Assembly: GCA_963727445.1 (NCBI GenBank)
Contig: CAVSGI010000010.1
Location: 736,001 to 800,000 of the forward strand
Source of the DNA: an uncultured delta proteobacterium
GTDB taxonomy: Bacteria > Myxococcota_A > Polyangia > Polyangiales > B10-G4
Direction: 5' to 3'
DNA length: 64,000 bases
Of this stretch, positions 1 through 8,464 are shown piece after piece. Under the pieces are notes generated by a model. It did not search any database, was not told where the DNA came from, and was given only the letters and a program-made list of their open reading frames with translations. Position 1 is the first letter of the stretch. Each line of letters opens with the position of its first letter. Made by a program: the position numbers and the translations under genes.

Positions 1-681
1 ATAGACGAAGCCGTCGCGAACGGCGACATCCTGCGGCGCCCATCCGGGGTCGGTCGCGAGGATCATCGCCTCCGAGCCATCGAGGGCTGCGCGGTGGATC
101 GCTGCGCCCGTGGCTCCCGCCGCGGCCCAGACCACCACCCCATCGCCAAGTGCGATGCCCGAGGGGAGCCCCTGCCCGTCGGCGATGGTGGCGAGCGCAG
201 AGCCATCGAGGCCCACGTGCATCACGGTTCCCGCGTCCTCGTCGGTCCAGTAGACGCCTGTTTCGTCGACTGAGATCCGCCCGGGCCGCATCTGGTCGGA
301 CGCAATCATCGTGGGCGCTTCGGCGCCATTCACGGGCGCCACGCCAATGGTTCCGTCGCCCGCATTGGTCCAGTAGACGTTGCCGTCGAAAACGGCAAGC
401 CGCGCCGGCTCCGCCTGTCCATCCGCGACGGTCTCGACCGCCCCCCCGCTCAGCGGCATTCGTGCGATCCGCCCGCCGGTACGTTTTTCCGTCCAGTAGA
501 CGAAGGCATCATCCAGCGCCACGCCCCAAGCGTCGGCGGCGTCGCCGGTCGAGAGCTCGGAGGTCGCGCACGGGACAGAGCCGTCGCCGCCGGAGTCTAC
601 GGGAGCGTCCGTCGCCGAGTCCTCGACGGTGGCGTCCGAGCTATCGCACGCCATCAGTGCGACAGCTGCGAGTAGGGCCAT
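1..681 (-). CDS. Lipoprotein with VYWT-type beta-propeller repeats (partial, runs off left edge)
   Basis: Manual translation MALLAAVALMAC (lipobox), then repeats DDAFVYWT, DGNVYWTN, ETGVYWTD; absent from ORF track because there is no stop in the window. Confidence 0.8.
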   Translation of the reverse strand, partial: MALLAAVALMACDSSDATVEDSATDAPVDSGGDGSVPCATSELSTGDAADAWGVALDDAFVYWTEKRTGGRIARMPLSGGAVETVADGQAEPARLAVFDGNVYWTNAGDGTIGVAPVNGAEAPTMIASDQMRPGRISVDETGVYWTDEDAGTVMHVGLDGSALATIADGQGLPSGIALGDGVVVWAAAGATGAAIHRAALDGSEAMILATDPGWAPQDVAVRDGFVY

Positions 682-812
682 CTCTTTCACTCATAGAGCC
701 TACCTCTTCTTTGGCGGAAGCACCGGAAAGGTCGTCTGGATACTTCAGAGTCACGGCGTCTACCTGCGTCTCGGCGAACCACGTGGGGGACGATGGCGAC
801 TGAGCGACGCCC

Positions 813-998
813 TCACCCACAAACGGGAACCACCGGCGCCTCTTCGCAGCGCCATGGGTCGGCGCGACGGCGGGCGCGGGGGACCTCTTCCTTCGCGGTC
901 GCCGTCGCGTCGGCTGCGGCGCCTGCATCGTCACCGGCGTAGGTGCAGCTCATCGAGGACAGCGCGAGGGCCAGGGCGGTCATCAGTGTACGGGTCAT
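813..998 (-). CDS. Small putative lipoprotein (61 aa)
   Basis: MTRTLMTALALALSSMSC signal/lipobox-like start preceded by a purine-rich GAGAG SD-like sequence. Confidence 0.45.
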   Translation of the reverse strand: MTRTLMTALALALSSMSCTYAGDDAGAAADATATAKEEVPRARRRADPWRCEEAPVVPVCG

Positions 999-1042
999 CT
1001 CCAACTCTCCTCTTCGGGTTTCATCCGTTTCGGGTGCGTCTC

Positions 1043-2260
1043 TCACGACGCCGAGATCTGGCTGTATGCGCGCGCGTGAAGCTTGGCGATCAGCGCCCGC
1101 TCTTCGTTGCTTCCGCCGATCGCTGCCCAGGCGGAGAGCCGGTCGCGCTCGAGCGCCGCGAGGCACCCGCGCATGTCGCCTTCCGCGTAGGACCTGAACG
1201 CCGCCACCACCCGGAGCTCGGCGTCGTCTTCGCCGCTCTGGGCGGCGCGTTCCTTGTCCTCGATGCAGCGAAGGGCTTCGACGTCGCCGAGCGCGACCGA
1301 CAGAGCAGCAGCATGAACCGCCACGAAGGGGATCCTGAGCGCACCGCCCAGCTTGCCGAGGAGCGCCTCGAGCTCGGCCCGCGGCATCCCTTCGGTCGCC
1401 GTTCCGTCGAGCGTCATGCGTCCGAAGAGCCCCCCGGCGTCGGCCAGGAGCAGCCCGAGCGCGCAATGGCTCTTGCCGGGCGCGCTCGATCGACGGTAGC
1501 GCTCGATAGCCGCCGGCGCCTCACCGCGCTCGAGCTCTCCAAGCGACAGATGCCAGTGGATGTGCCCATCGAGAGGACCCGCGGGGTCGTGCTCTGCCGC
1601 CCAGTCGCGAAGGAAGAGATACGACGCGTCCCGCTCGCCCGACTCGAGGAGCGCGTGCGCCGTGGCGTGGGCGACGAAGGGTGCGTCCGGTCGCGCTTCG
1701 AGCGCCGGCGCGAGGATCGCGAGGGCCGCCCGGGGATCGCCGAGCTCGCTCGTGTGGAAGCCGAGACGCGCAGCGAAGGCCCAGTCGTCGGCGTTGTGCG
1801 CCTCGATCGACCGGAGCACTTCCATCACCGCCTCGCGCTTCGCCTCCCCCCCGTTGAAGAAGAGGTCCCCGATGAGCAGCGTCGCGAGGAGCAGGTCTCC
1901 GGGCCGGGCGCTCAGATGTGCGCGCACCTGGTCGGCCGCACCGGGGTCTCGCCCGAGCATCGCAGCCACGCACGCGACATGACCCTGCTCCCATGGAGTC
2001 GCGCCTTCACACGACGCGAGCGCTCCCACCCGTGCGCGCTTCGCCCTCTCCTCGTCCCCCGCTCCGTGAGCCTCCATCCAGCGCGCGGCGTGGGCCAGCG
2101 CGAAGGCCGGATCGGCAGCGATGGCCTGGTCGAGGAGCTCCGGCGGCCCCGCCTGCCCCGCGTGGATGCGCTCGATCGCTTGGCGATAGAGCCCGGCGGC
2201 CTCTGCCGAGCAGGTGGTGAGGGGGAGGCCGGAGCGGTCTTGGTGAAGCGTGTCTGCCAT
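1043..2260 (-). CDS. TPR protein, TTC38-like family
   Basis: MADTLHQDRSGLPLTT..., AIAADPAFALAHA, HATAHALLE, HIHWHLSL motifs typical of TTC38-like proteins. Confidence 0.8.
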   Translation of the reverse strand: MADTLHQDRSGLPLTTCSAEAAGLYRQAIERIHAGQAGPPELLDQAIAADPAFALAHAARWMEAHGAGDEERAKRARVGALASCEGATPWEQGHVACVAAMLGRDPGAADQVRAHLSARPGDLLLATLLIGDLFFNGGEAKREAVMEVLRSIEAHNADDWAFAARLGFHTSELGDPRAALAILAPALEARPDAPFVAHATAHALLESGERDASYLFLRDWAAEHDPAGPLDGHIHWHLSLGELERGEAPAAIERYRRSSAPGKSHCALGLLLADAGGLFGRMTLDGTATEGMPRAELEALLGKLGGALRIPFVAVHAAALSVALGDVEALRCIEDKERAAQSGEDDAELRVVAAFRSYAEGDMRGCLAALERDRLSAWAAIGGSNEERALIAKLHARAYSQISAS

Positions 2261-2280
2261 GAGCGGAGACTGGATTCGGC

Positions 2281-2312
2281 CCGTCGGAGCGAGCGTTGGA
2301 ATGAGCGTTGAA
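2281..2312 (-). promoter_or_regulatory. Three direct repeats at 12-bp period upstream of the TPR gene
   Basis: Minus strand TTCAACGCTCAT/TCCAACGCTCGC/TCCGACGG; same core as 4149-4180. Confidence 0.6.
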
Positions 2313-2387
2313 ATTCGTCCCTTCCGTCTAGGTGCCCGAAATATCAGGCGATTGACGGTGACTCTGCGATGGCCGTAGCATCCAGCG

Positions 2388-4109
2388 GTGACGACGAGGC
2401 CAGCGCTAGAGATTCGGCTCTCCCCCGCGCTGACAGTCGAACGGGACGGAGCGGTGGTCCCGCTGCCCAAGTCGAAGAAGTCCCGGGCCCTCCTCGCATA
2501 CCTGATGCTGAGCCCGCGACCGCTCTCGCGAGAGCGACTCTGTACCCTCCTCTGGGATATCCCCGACGACCCCCGGGCGGCGCTTCGGTGGAGCCTCAGC
2601 AAGCTCCGACCGGTCACCAATGGCGACGGCGTCGAGCGCCTCTGCGCCGATCGGGTGATGGCCTGGTTCGACGCGAAAGAGTGCAGCATCGACTGGCTCA
2701 CGCTTCGGGCGGCCAGCGCGACGGGCTTCGAGGGGATCGACGCGGTCCAGCTCGCGTCGTGGAGCAACGCACTCACCAGCGGCCTGTTGGTCGACGTGGA
2801 CCTCCCCGATCACCTCGACTATCAGGCGTGGCTGGTCGCGCTGCGCCGCGAAGCCGCCGACCTCGCCAGCGCGCTCGCGACCGCGCGCGGAGAGCAGGCC
2901 CAGGACACCGTCGATGCGTTCGACAGCCCCTCGGTCGCCGTCCTTCCTTTCGCCAATCGATCCTCCGATCCGGACGACGAATACTTCGCCGACGAACTGA
3001 GCGAGGACCTCATCACCGCCCTCGCCTCCTTCAAGTCCTTCCCCGTCATCTGTCGGAACTCCACGTTCACCTACAAGGGCCAGAACGTGCGCATCGAGGA
3101 GGTGGGCGCAGAGCTCGGGGCACGCTACGTGCTGGAGGGCAGCGTGCGGCGTGCTGGAGAGCGCGTCCGCATCACGGTTCAGCTCGTCGATGCGGAAAGC
3201 GGCCGAGAGATCTGGGCACAACGCATCGACCGCCAGCTCGAGGACGTCTTCGCGGTCCAGGACGAGATCACCAAGCGCGTGGTCGGGGCGATCACCCCCG
3301 AGCTCCACTCCGCCGAGCTGCGCCGGTCCTCCGCCAAAGGCACCGACGACCTCAACGCCTGGGACTACTACATCCGGGGCATCAGCTTCTTCAATCGCGA
3401 GGAGCCGTCCGACAATCATCGGGCCCGCGAGCTCTTCGAAAAGGCGACCGACCGCGACCCGAGCTACGCTGAGGCCTGGGCCCGGCGCGCCTGGACCCAC
3501 ATCCGCGACATCGACATGCGGGCCACGGACAGCCGCGAGCAGAGCCTCGGCGAGGCTTTCGAGCTCGCACGCCGCGCCATTTCCCTCGACGACGGATCAG
3601 CCTCGGCGCACCTCTGCCTCGGCAGCTGCCACGTCTGGCGCGAAGAGCTCGAGCAGGGTCTTCTGCAGGCGCAGCGCGCGCTCACCCTCAACCCGAGCTA
3701 CGCCCTGGCGGCGCTGGCCGTGGGCAATCGCCTCGACCTTCTCGGCGACAGCGCCCGAGGCATCGCCCAGATGGAGCGCGCGATGCAGCTCAACCCGCGC
3801 GACCCGGCGCGCTGGCATTACATGGGTTTCCTCTCGCGCGCCCATGGGGCGACCGGCGCGCACGCAACGGCGTTGCGCTGGGCGGAGCAGGCCCGCGCGC
3901 TCAAGCCCACCGACGCCGACGTGTGTTTCCGGGGGATCCTCTGCCTGGCCAACCTCGATCGCATGGGCGAAGCTCACGCACTCTGTGAGGAGTGCGAGCG
4001 CCTCGAGCCTGGCTACATGGAGAGTCGCGCCGCGGTCTGGTCCCCCTATCGAGACGAGGAGCGCAACGAGGTGCTCTTCGCCGGTGTGCGGCGCCACGGT
4101 CTGCTCTGA
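2388..4109 (+). CDS. Transcriptional regulator: SARP-like wHTH N-terminus, TolB-like domain and TPRs
   Basis: KSRALLAYL..SRERLCTLLWD..RAALRWSLSKLR; PSVAVLPFAN..YFADELSEDLITAL; TPR C-terminus. Confidence 0.85.
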   Translation: MTTRPALEIRLSPALTVERDGAVVPLPKSKKSRALLAYLMLSPRPLSRERLCTLLWDIPDDPRAALRWSLSKLRPVTNGDGVERLCADRVMAWFDAKECSIDWLTLRAASATGFEGIDAVQLASWSNALTSGLLVDVDLPDHLDYQAWLVALRREAADLASALATARGEQAQDTVDAFDSPSVAVLPFANRSSDPDDEYFADELSEDLITALASFKSFPVICRNSTFTYKGQNVRIEEVGAELGARYVLEGSVRRAGERVRITVQLVDAESGREIWAQRIDRQLEDVFAVQDEITKRVVGAITPELHSAELRRSSAKGTDDLNAWDYYIRGISFFNREEPSDNHRARELFEKATDRDPSYAEAWARRAWTHIRDIDMRATDSREQSLGEAFELARRAISLDDGSASAHLCLGSCHVWREELEQGLLQAQRALTLNPSYALAALAVGNRLDLLGDSARGIAQMERAMQLNPRDPARWHYMGFLSRAHGATGAHATALRWAEQARALKPTDADVCFRGILCLANLDRMGEAHALCEECERLEPGYMESRAAVWSPYRDEERNEVLFAGVRRHGLL

Positions 4110-4148
4110 ATTCGGCTCCGCGTCGGTCATTTCGACCGTTGGAACCGA

Positions 4149-4180
4149 TTCAACGCTGAGCACCACGCTGAATTCGACGC
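4149..4180 (+). promoter_or_regulatory. Three direct repeats at 12-bp period upstream of the OsmC-like gene
   Basis: TTCAACGCTGAG/CACCACGCTGAA/TTCGACGC, with ACGC at 4153, 4165 and 4177. Confidence 0.6.
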
Positions 4181-4247
4181 CGCCCCTGCACGGTCAGAGT
4201 CGTCCGGTGATGGACCGGGCGATTCGAAAGACCGACAGGAGATCGAA

Positions 4248-4814
4248 ATGACCAACGCAGCTCAGACCGTGAACAATGGCGTCAACGTGAACGCGCTCCT
4301 CGGCGCCAAGGAAGCGCTCGCCGGCGCCCCCGACGCCGCGCGCTTCAAGTGGCGCGCGACGAGCGAATGGCTCGAGGGCACCCACAGCCGCTCGAGCATC
4401 GACGGATTCTTCGGCCTCGGCGAAGAGCAGAAGCACCGTGAGCGCTTCGCCTTCACGATGGACCACCCGGAGGTATTCGCGTCCGAGGACAAGGGGGCCA
4501 CGCCGGTGGAGATGGTCCTGGTGGGCCTCGCCGGATGCCTCACCGCGGGCATCGCCGCCATCGCCCAGCACCGCAACATCCAGCTCCGCTCGGTGAAGGC
4601 CATCGTCGAAGGCAGCATGGACATCCGCGGCATCCTCGGCGCGTGCGAGGACACTCGCAACGGCTTCGACGGCATCTCCGTCCATTACGAGATCGACGCG
4701 GACGCCACGGCCGACGACATCGCGGCGCTCGTCGCGCAGTCCCAGAAGCGCTCCGCCGTCTTCGACGTCATCGCCAACCCGACCGACGTCTCCGTCAGCG
4801 CGAGCAAAGTGTGA
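4248..4814 (+). CDS. OsmC family protein (single-Cys type)
   Basis: NNGVNV, DHPEVFASEDKGATPVEMVLVGLAGCLTAG, QKRSAVFD; AGGAG SD. Confidence 0.9.
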   Translation: MTNAAQTVNNGVNVNALLGAKEALAGAPDAARFKWRATSEWLEGTHSRSSIDGFFGLGEEQKHRERFAFTMDHPEVFASEDKGATPVEMVLVGLAGCLTAGIAAIAQHRNIQLRSVKAIVEGSMDIRGILGACEDTRNGFDGISVHYEIDADATADDIAALVAQSQKRSAVFDVIANPTDVSVSASKV

Positions 4815-6097
4815 GCCTGTCGCGCCTCATCCACGGGCCGGCCGGCACCGTCGACGTCGTCGTCATCGGTGCCGGCCACTCGGGCCTCGCGATGAGCTAC
4901 GCGCTCTCGCAGCGTGGGATCGACCACGTCGTCCTCGAGCGCGGGGAGGTGGCGCAAAGCTGGCGCAGCGAGCGTTGGGACTCCCTGCGGCTCCTGACGC
5001 CCAACTGGATGACGCGCCTTCCGGGGAAGGATTACGAAGGCGACGATCCCGACGGTTACATGCGGGCCAGTGAAGTGGCCCGCTTCATCGCGGAGTACGC
5101 CGATCACACGAGCGCCCCCGTGTTCACGCAGACGTCGGTGCGGCGCGTTTCGAAGAGCGCCGGTGGCTATCGCGTCGAGACCGACCGCGGAGACGTGGCC
5201 TGCCGGGCGGTGGTCCTCGCGAACGGCGCTCACGGCGAGGCGCGCATTCCGCCGCTGGCGGCCGCCCTTCCCTCGCGGGTCGCGCAGCTCTCCGCGAAGT
5301 CCTACAAGAACCCCTCGCAGCTCGACGCAGGCGGAGTGCTCGTCGTCGGCGCCTCGGCCACGGGCCTTCAGCTCGCCGACGAGATCGCCCGCACCGGCCG
5401 GCGCGTCGTCCTGGCCGCCGGGGAGCACGTCCGCTTGCCGCGCTTGTACAGGGGCCGCGACATCCAGTGGTGGATGCTCGCCTCGGGCGTCCTCGACCGG
5501 CGAATCGAAGACGAGGACGACCCGGCGCGCGCGCGTCGCGTGCCGTCTCCGCAGCTCGTGGGCACCGCCGACCGCGCGACCCTCGACCTCGCCTCGCTGA
5601 AGGGCCGCGGCGTCGAGATCGTCGGGCGCCTCGCCGGTGTCCGTGGCAACGCAGCGCTCTTTTCTGGCTCACTCCGAAACGTCTGCACCCTCGCCGACCT
5701 CAAGATGAACCGCCTGCTCGGCGAGCTCGATGCGTGGGCCGTCGCGAACGGGGTGACGCGCGAGGTCGATCCTGTCGAGCGCTTCGCCCCGACGCCGGTG
5801 TCGGGCTCACCGCGCCTCTCCCTCGGGCTCGGCGAGGAGATCTGCACCGTCCTGTGGGCCACCGGCTTTCGCCCGAGCTACCCCTGGCTCGATGTCCCGG
5901 TCCTCGACACGAAGGGCCGGCTCCGCCACGACCGCGGTGTCGTCGACGCCCCGGGCGTCTACGCGTTGGGATTGCCTTTCCTCCGACGTCGGAAGTCGAG
6001 CTTCATCCACGGCGCAGCGAACGACGTCCGCGATCTGTCGCCGCACCTCGCCGCATACCTCGACCGGACCTCGAGGGCGCGCGCCGTCCACGTCTGA
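4811..6097 (+). CDS. FAD/NAD(P)-dependent oxidoreductase (flavin monooxygenase-like)
   Basis: VIGAGHSGLA, RWDSLRLLTPNW, VVGASATGLQLA, WATGF; GTGA overlap with the OsmC gene. Confidence 0.85.
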   Translation: MSLSRLIHGPAGTVDVVVIGAGHSGLAMSYALSQRGIDHVVLERGEVAQSWRSERWDSLRLLTPNWMTRLPGKDYEGDDPDGYMRASEVARFIAEYADHTSAPVFTQTSVRRVSKSAGGYRVETDRGDVACRAVVLANGAHGEARIPPLAAALPSRVAQLSAKSYKNPSQLDAGGVLVVGASATGLQLADEIARTGRRVVLAAGEHVRLPRLYRGRDIQWWMLASGVLDRRIEDEDDPARARRVPSPQLVGTADRATLDLASLKGRGVEIVGRLAGVRGNAALFSGSLRNVCTLADLKMNRLLGELDAWAVANGVTREVDPVERFAPTPVSGSPRLSLGLGEEICTVLWATGFRPSYPWLDVPVLDTKGRLRHDRGVVDAPGVYALGLPFLRRRKSSFIHGAANDVRDLSPHLAAYLDRTSRARAVHV

Positions 6098-6260
6098 CCA
6101 TGAATGGGGGTGTTCTGCACTGATTGATTCCGCTCTCATTGCAGAGCAGAAGGCTCGTTGTAGCTCCACGACGTTGGAACACGAATCCTGCAGAGAAACC
6201 CTCCGGTGAATACGGCATCCATGTTTCACTCGTCGAAGCTGGCGCGAAAGGAGCCGAACC

Positions 6261-7292
6261 ATGAAGCAACTCATCTCGTCCACCGCAGTCATCATCGTGT
6301 TTGCGCTCTTTGCGTGCGCATGCGGATCCACCACCACGGTGGCCTCGACGCCCGCGCACGACCAATCCGCTGCACAGGATCCCGCACCCGCGGCCGACCC
6401 ACCGGCCGAAACCGCCGCCGCGCCGGAGGACACCGCGCCCACCACGGAAGCGGTCGCTTCGCAGGATGACGAAGCAGCTCGAGCGCCCGCCGAGGAAGAG
6501 TCCGGAGACGAGGAGGCGCTCCCGGATCGCGAAGAGCTCATCGCGATGACCGTCGAACAGCGGCGCGAGCTCCTCGACCAGACGCGGCAGGACAGGCAGG
6601 AGGCGATGCGGGCGGCTGTGCAGGCGGAGCGCACCGCTGTGCAGGAGGCCGCCGAAGCCAAGCGTCAGGCGATCGCCGAGGCGCAGGAGCAGATGCGGGC
6701 GCAGATCACCGAGGCCACGGAAACGCGTGACGCCGCGGTCGCGGAGGCCCGTACGGCGGTGACCGAAGCCCGGCAGGCGGAGCGCGAGGCGCGGTCGGCG
6801 GCGCAGGAGAAGCAGCAAGAAGCGCGCGCGGCGCAGCGGGAAGCGAACCAGGCGGCGCGAGAGCTCGAGGGCGACGAGCGGCAGCAGGCGATCACCGCCG
6901 CGCGCGAAGCGCTCGCGGCGAAGCTGGAGGAGATCGACCAGGAGCGCGATGCGGCGATCGAAGCGGCGCGCACCGCGATTCAGGAAGCGAGGGCCGCCGA
7001 GGCCGCTGCGAGAGAAGCCGCTACCGAAGCGCAGGCCGAAGCTCGGCGCGGCTTCGCGGAGGCTCGCCGTGCAGCGACCCAGGCGGAGCAAGAGGCCGTG
7101 GCGGCCGCCGCCGAGGCCAAGCAGCAGGCGCGAGAGGCAGCGACCGAGCATGCGAGCCAGCTCCACGATCTGATCGTGGAAGCCGGCGAGGAAGCGCAGA
7201 CCCGTGAGCGGGCCGCGGCGCGTGAAGAGGCGAATCAGGAAGAAGAGGCCGAGGCGGAAGAAGCGCAGCCGGCCGAAGCGACCAACGGCTGA
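6261..7292 (+). CDS. Ala/Glu-rich coiled-coil lipoprotein
   Basis: AAGGAG SD, hydrophobic signal ending LFACAC, long A/E/R/Q helical region. Confidence 0.75.
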   Translation: MKQLISSTAVIIVFALFACACGSTTTVASTPAHDQSAAQDPAPAADPPAETAAAPEDTAPTTEAVASQDDEAARAPAEEESGDEEALPDREELIAMTVEQRRELLDQTRQDRQEAMRAAVQAERTAVQEAAEAKRQAIAEAQEQMRAQITEATETRDAAVAEARTAVTEARQAEREARSAAQEKQQEARAAQREANQAARELEGDERQQAITAAREALAAKLEEIDQERDAAIEAARTAIQEARAAEAAAREAATEAQAEARRGFAEARRAATQAEQEAVAAAAEAKQQAREAATEHASQLHDLIVEAGEEAQTRERAAAREEANQEEEAEAEEAQPAEATNG

Positions 7293-7295
7293 TGA

Positions 7296-7922
7296 TCAGG
7301 GCTCGCCCCTGTCCGCTTCCGACGGAGGCGGGCAGAGGCGACCGTCGCATGCGGTGGGGTCCGCGCCGGCGCTGCAGTCGACCCGCGTGCACGCGAAGTG
7401 GTGGCGGAAGTAACACGGGTACTCGGCGAGCACCGTGTCGCAGACGCCGCAAGCATCGAGACCGCAGCCCGCCCATCCGTCCGACCCGCCGCTCGCGCAC
7501 ACGCATCGATCGGCCGGCCCCGGCGCCGGGCAGTCGGCGTTGCATGTGAAGTAGCTGCCGGCGCAGTCGGTGTTTCTCTGGCAGCGCGGGTGGTTCTCCC
7601 AGTAGCAGGGCGCGTCGGCGACGAGGTCCTCACAGACCCAGACGCCGCTGCCCCTGCAGCCGTCCCAGCTGCCGGGAGTGCCCATGTCGAACTCGTCGTT
7701 GCAGCGACACCAGTTGCCTGCGGGGCTGCAGGCGCGAAATCCGAGTCCGTCGGCGCCGCATCGGATGATTCGCCCCGGCCGGCAGCTGCCGTCGGGTGGT
7801 GGGGCGGTGTCGCGTACGACGGTCGTGTCGTGCGGTGTGGAGGAGTCGGTCACCGAGCGGTCGTGCACCTGATAGCAACCCGCCGACGTGACCATGGCGA
7901 CGAGGAGGAAGACGACACGCAT
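7296..7922 (-). CDS. Cys-rich lipoprotein
   Basis: MRVVFLLVAMVTSAGC lipobox; more than 20 Cys. Confidence 0.7.
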   Translation of the reverse strand: MRVVFLLVAMVTSAGCYQVHDRSVTDSSTPHDTTVVRDTAPPPDGSCRPGRIIRCGADGLGFRACSPAGNWCRCNDEFDMGTPGSWDGCRGSGVWVCEDLVADAPCYWENHPRCQRNTDCAGSYFTCNADCPAPGPADRCVCASGGSDGWAGCGLDACGVCDTVLAEYPCYFRHHFACTRVDCSAGADPTACDGRLCPPPSEADRGEP

Positions 7923-7993
7923 GGGGCACCTTGCCACCGCACGCGATGGTTGTCTTCCCCCCGCCGCCTGCGTAATGAGGTAGAAAGCCTCCC

Positions 7994-8464
7994 GTGAAGG
8001 AGCGCGAGGAGGCGATCGTCGGCGGGGAGCCGGAGCCGAAATGGAAGCCGCGGGTGCGGATCTTCCTCGGCGTCTTCCTGGTGGCCCAGGTGCTGATCCC
8101 GCTCCGCTACTACTTCGGGTCGGACCCGTACGACGAGCGGTTCAGCTGGCGAATGTTCTCGGCGGTGCGGGTGCACCAGTGCCGGGTTCAGGCGACGGAG
8201 ACCATCGGGGGCACCCCTCGTCCGATCGATCTGAATCGGGAGATCCACCGGGCGTGGATCAACACCCTGAGCCGCAACCGCGACGCGGTGACCGAGAAGT
8301 TCCTGCGCGCTCGGTGTGAGGGCGAAGGGGTGACCGAGGTGGTGGTCACAAACAACTGTGTCGCTCCGGACGGTACCCGGGTCGATCCCATCGTCTGGAC
8401 GCGCGACTGCGCGAGCGGTGAGGTCTCGGAGCCGGAGATCGAGCTCGGGAGGGACGGATCGTGA
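7994..8464 (+). CDS. Small membrane protein resembling the lumenal segment of vitamin K-dependent carboxylase (SdpA-like partner)
   Basis: AQVLIPLRYY..DERFSWRMFS matches the bacterial VKGC-like QxxxPLR..RFSWRMM motif. Confidence 0.7.
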   Translation: MKEREEAIVGGEPEPKWKPRVRIFLGVFLVAQVLIPLRYYFGSDPYDERFSWRMFSAVRVHQCRVQATETIGGTPRPIDLNREIHRAWINTLSRNRDAVTEKFLRARCEGEGVTEVVVTNNCVAPDGTRVDPIVWTRDCASGEVSEPEIELGRDGS

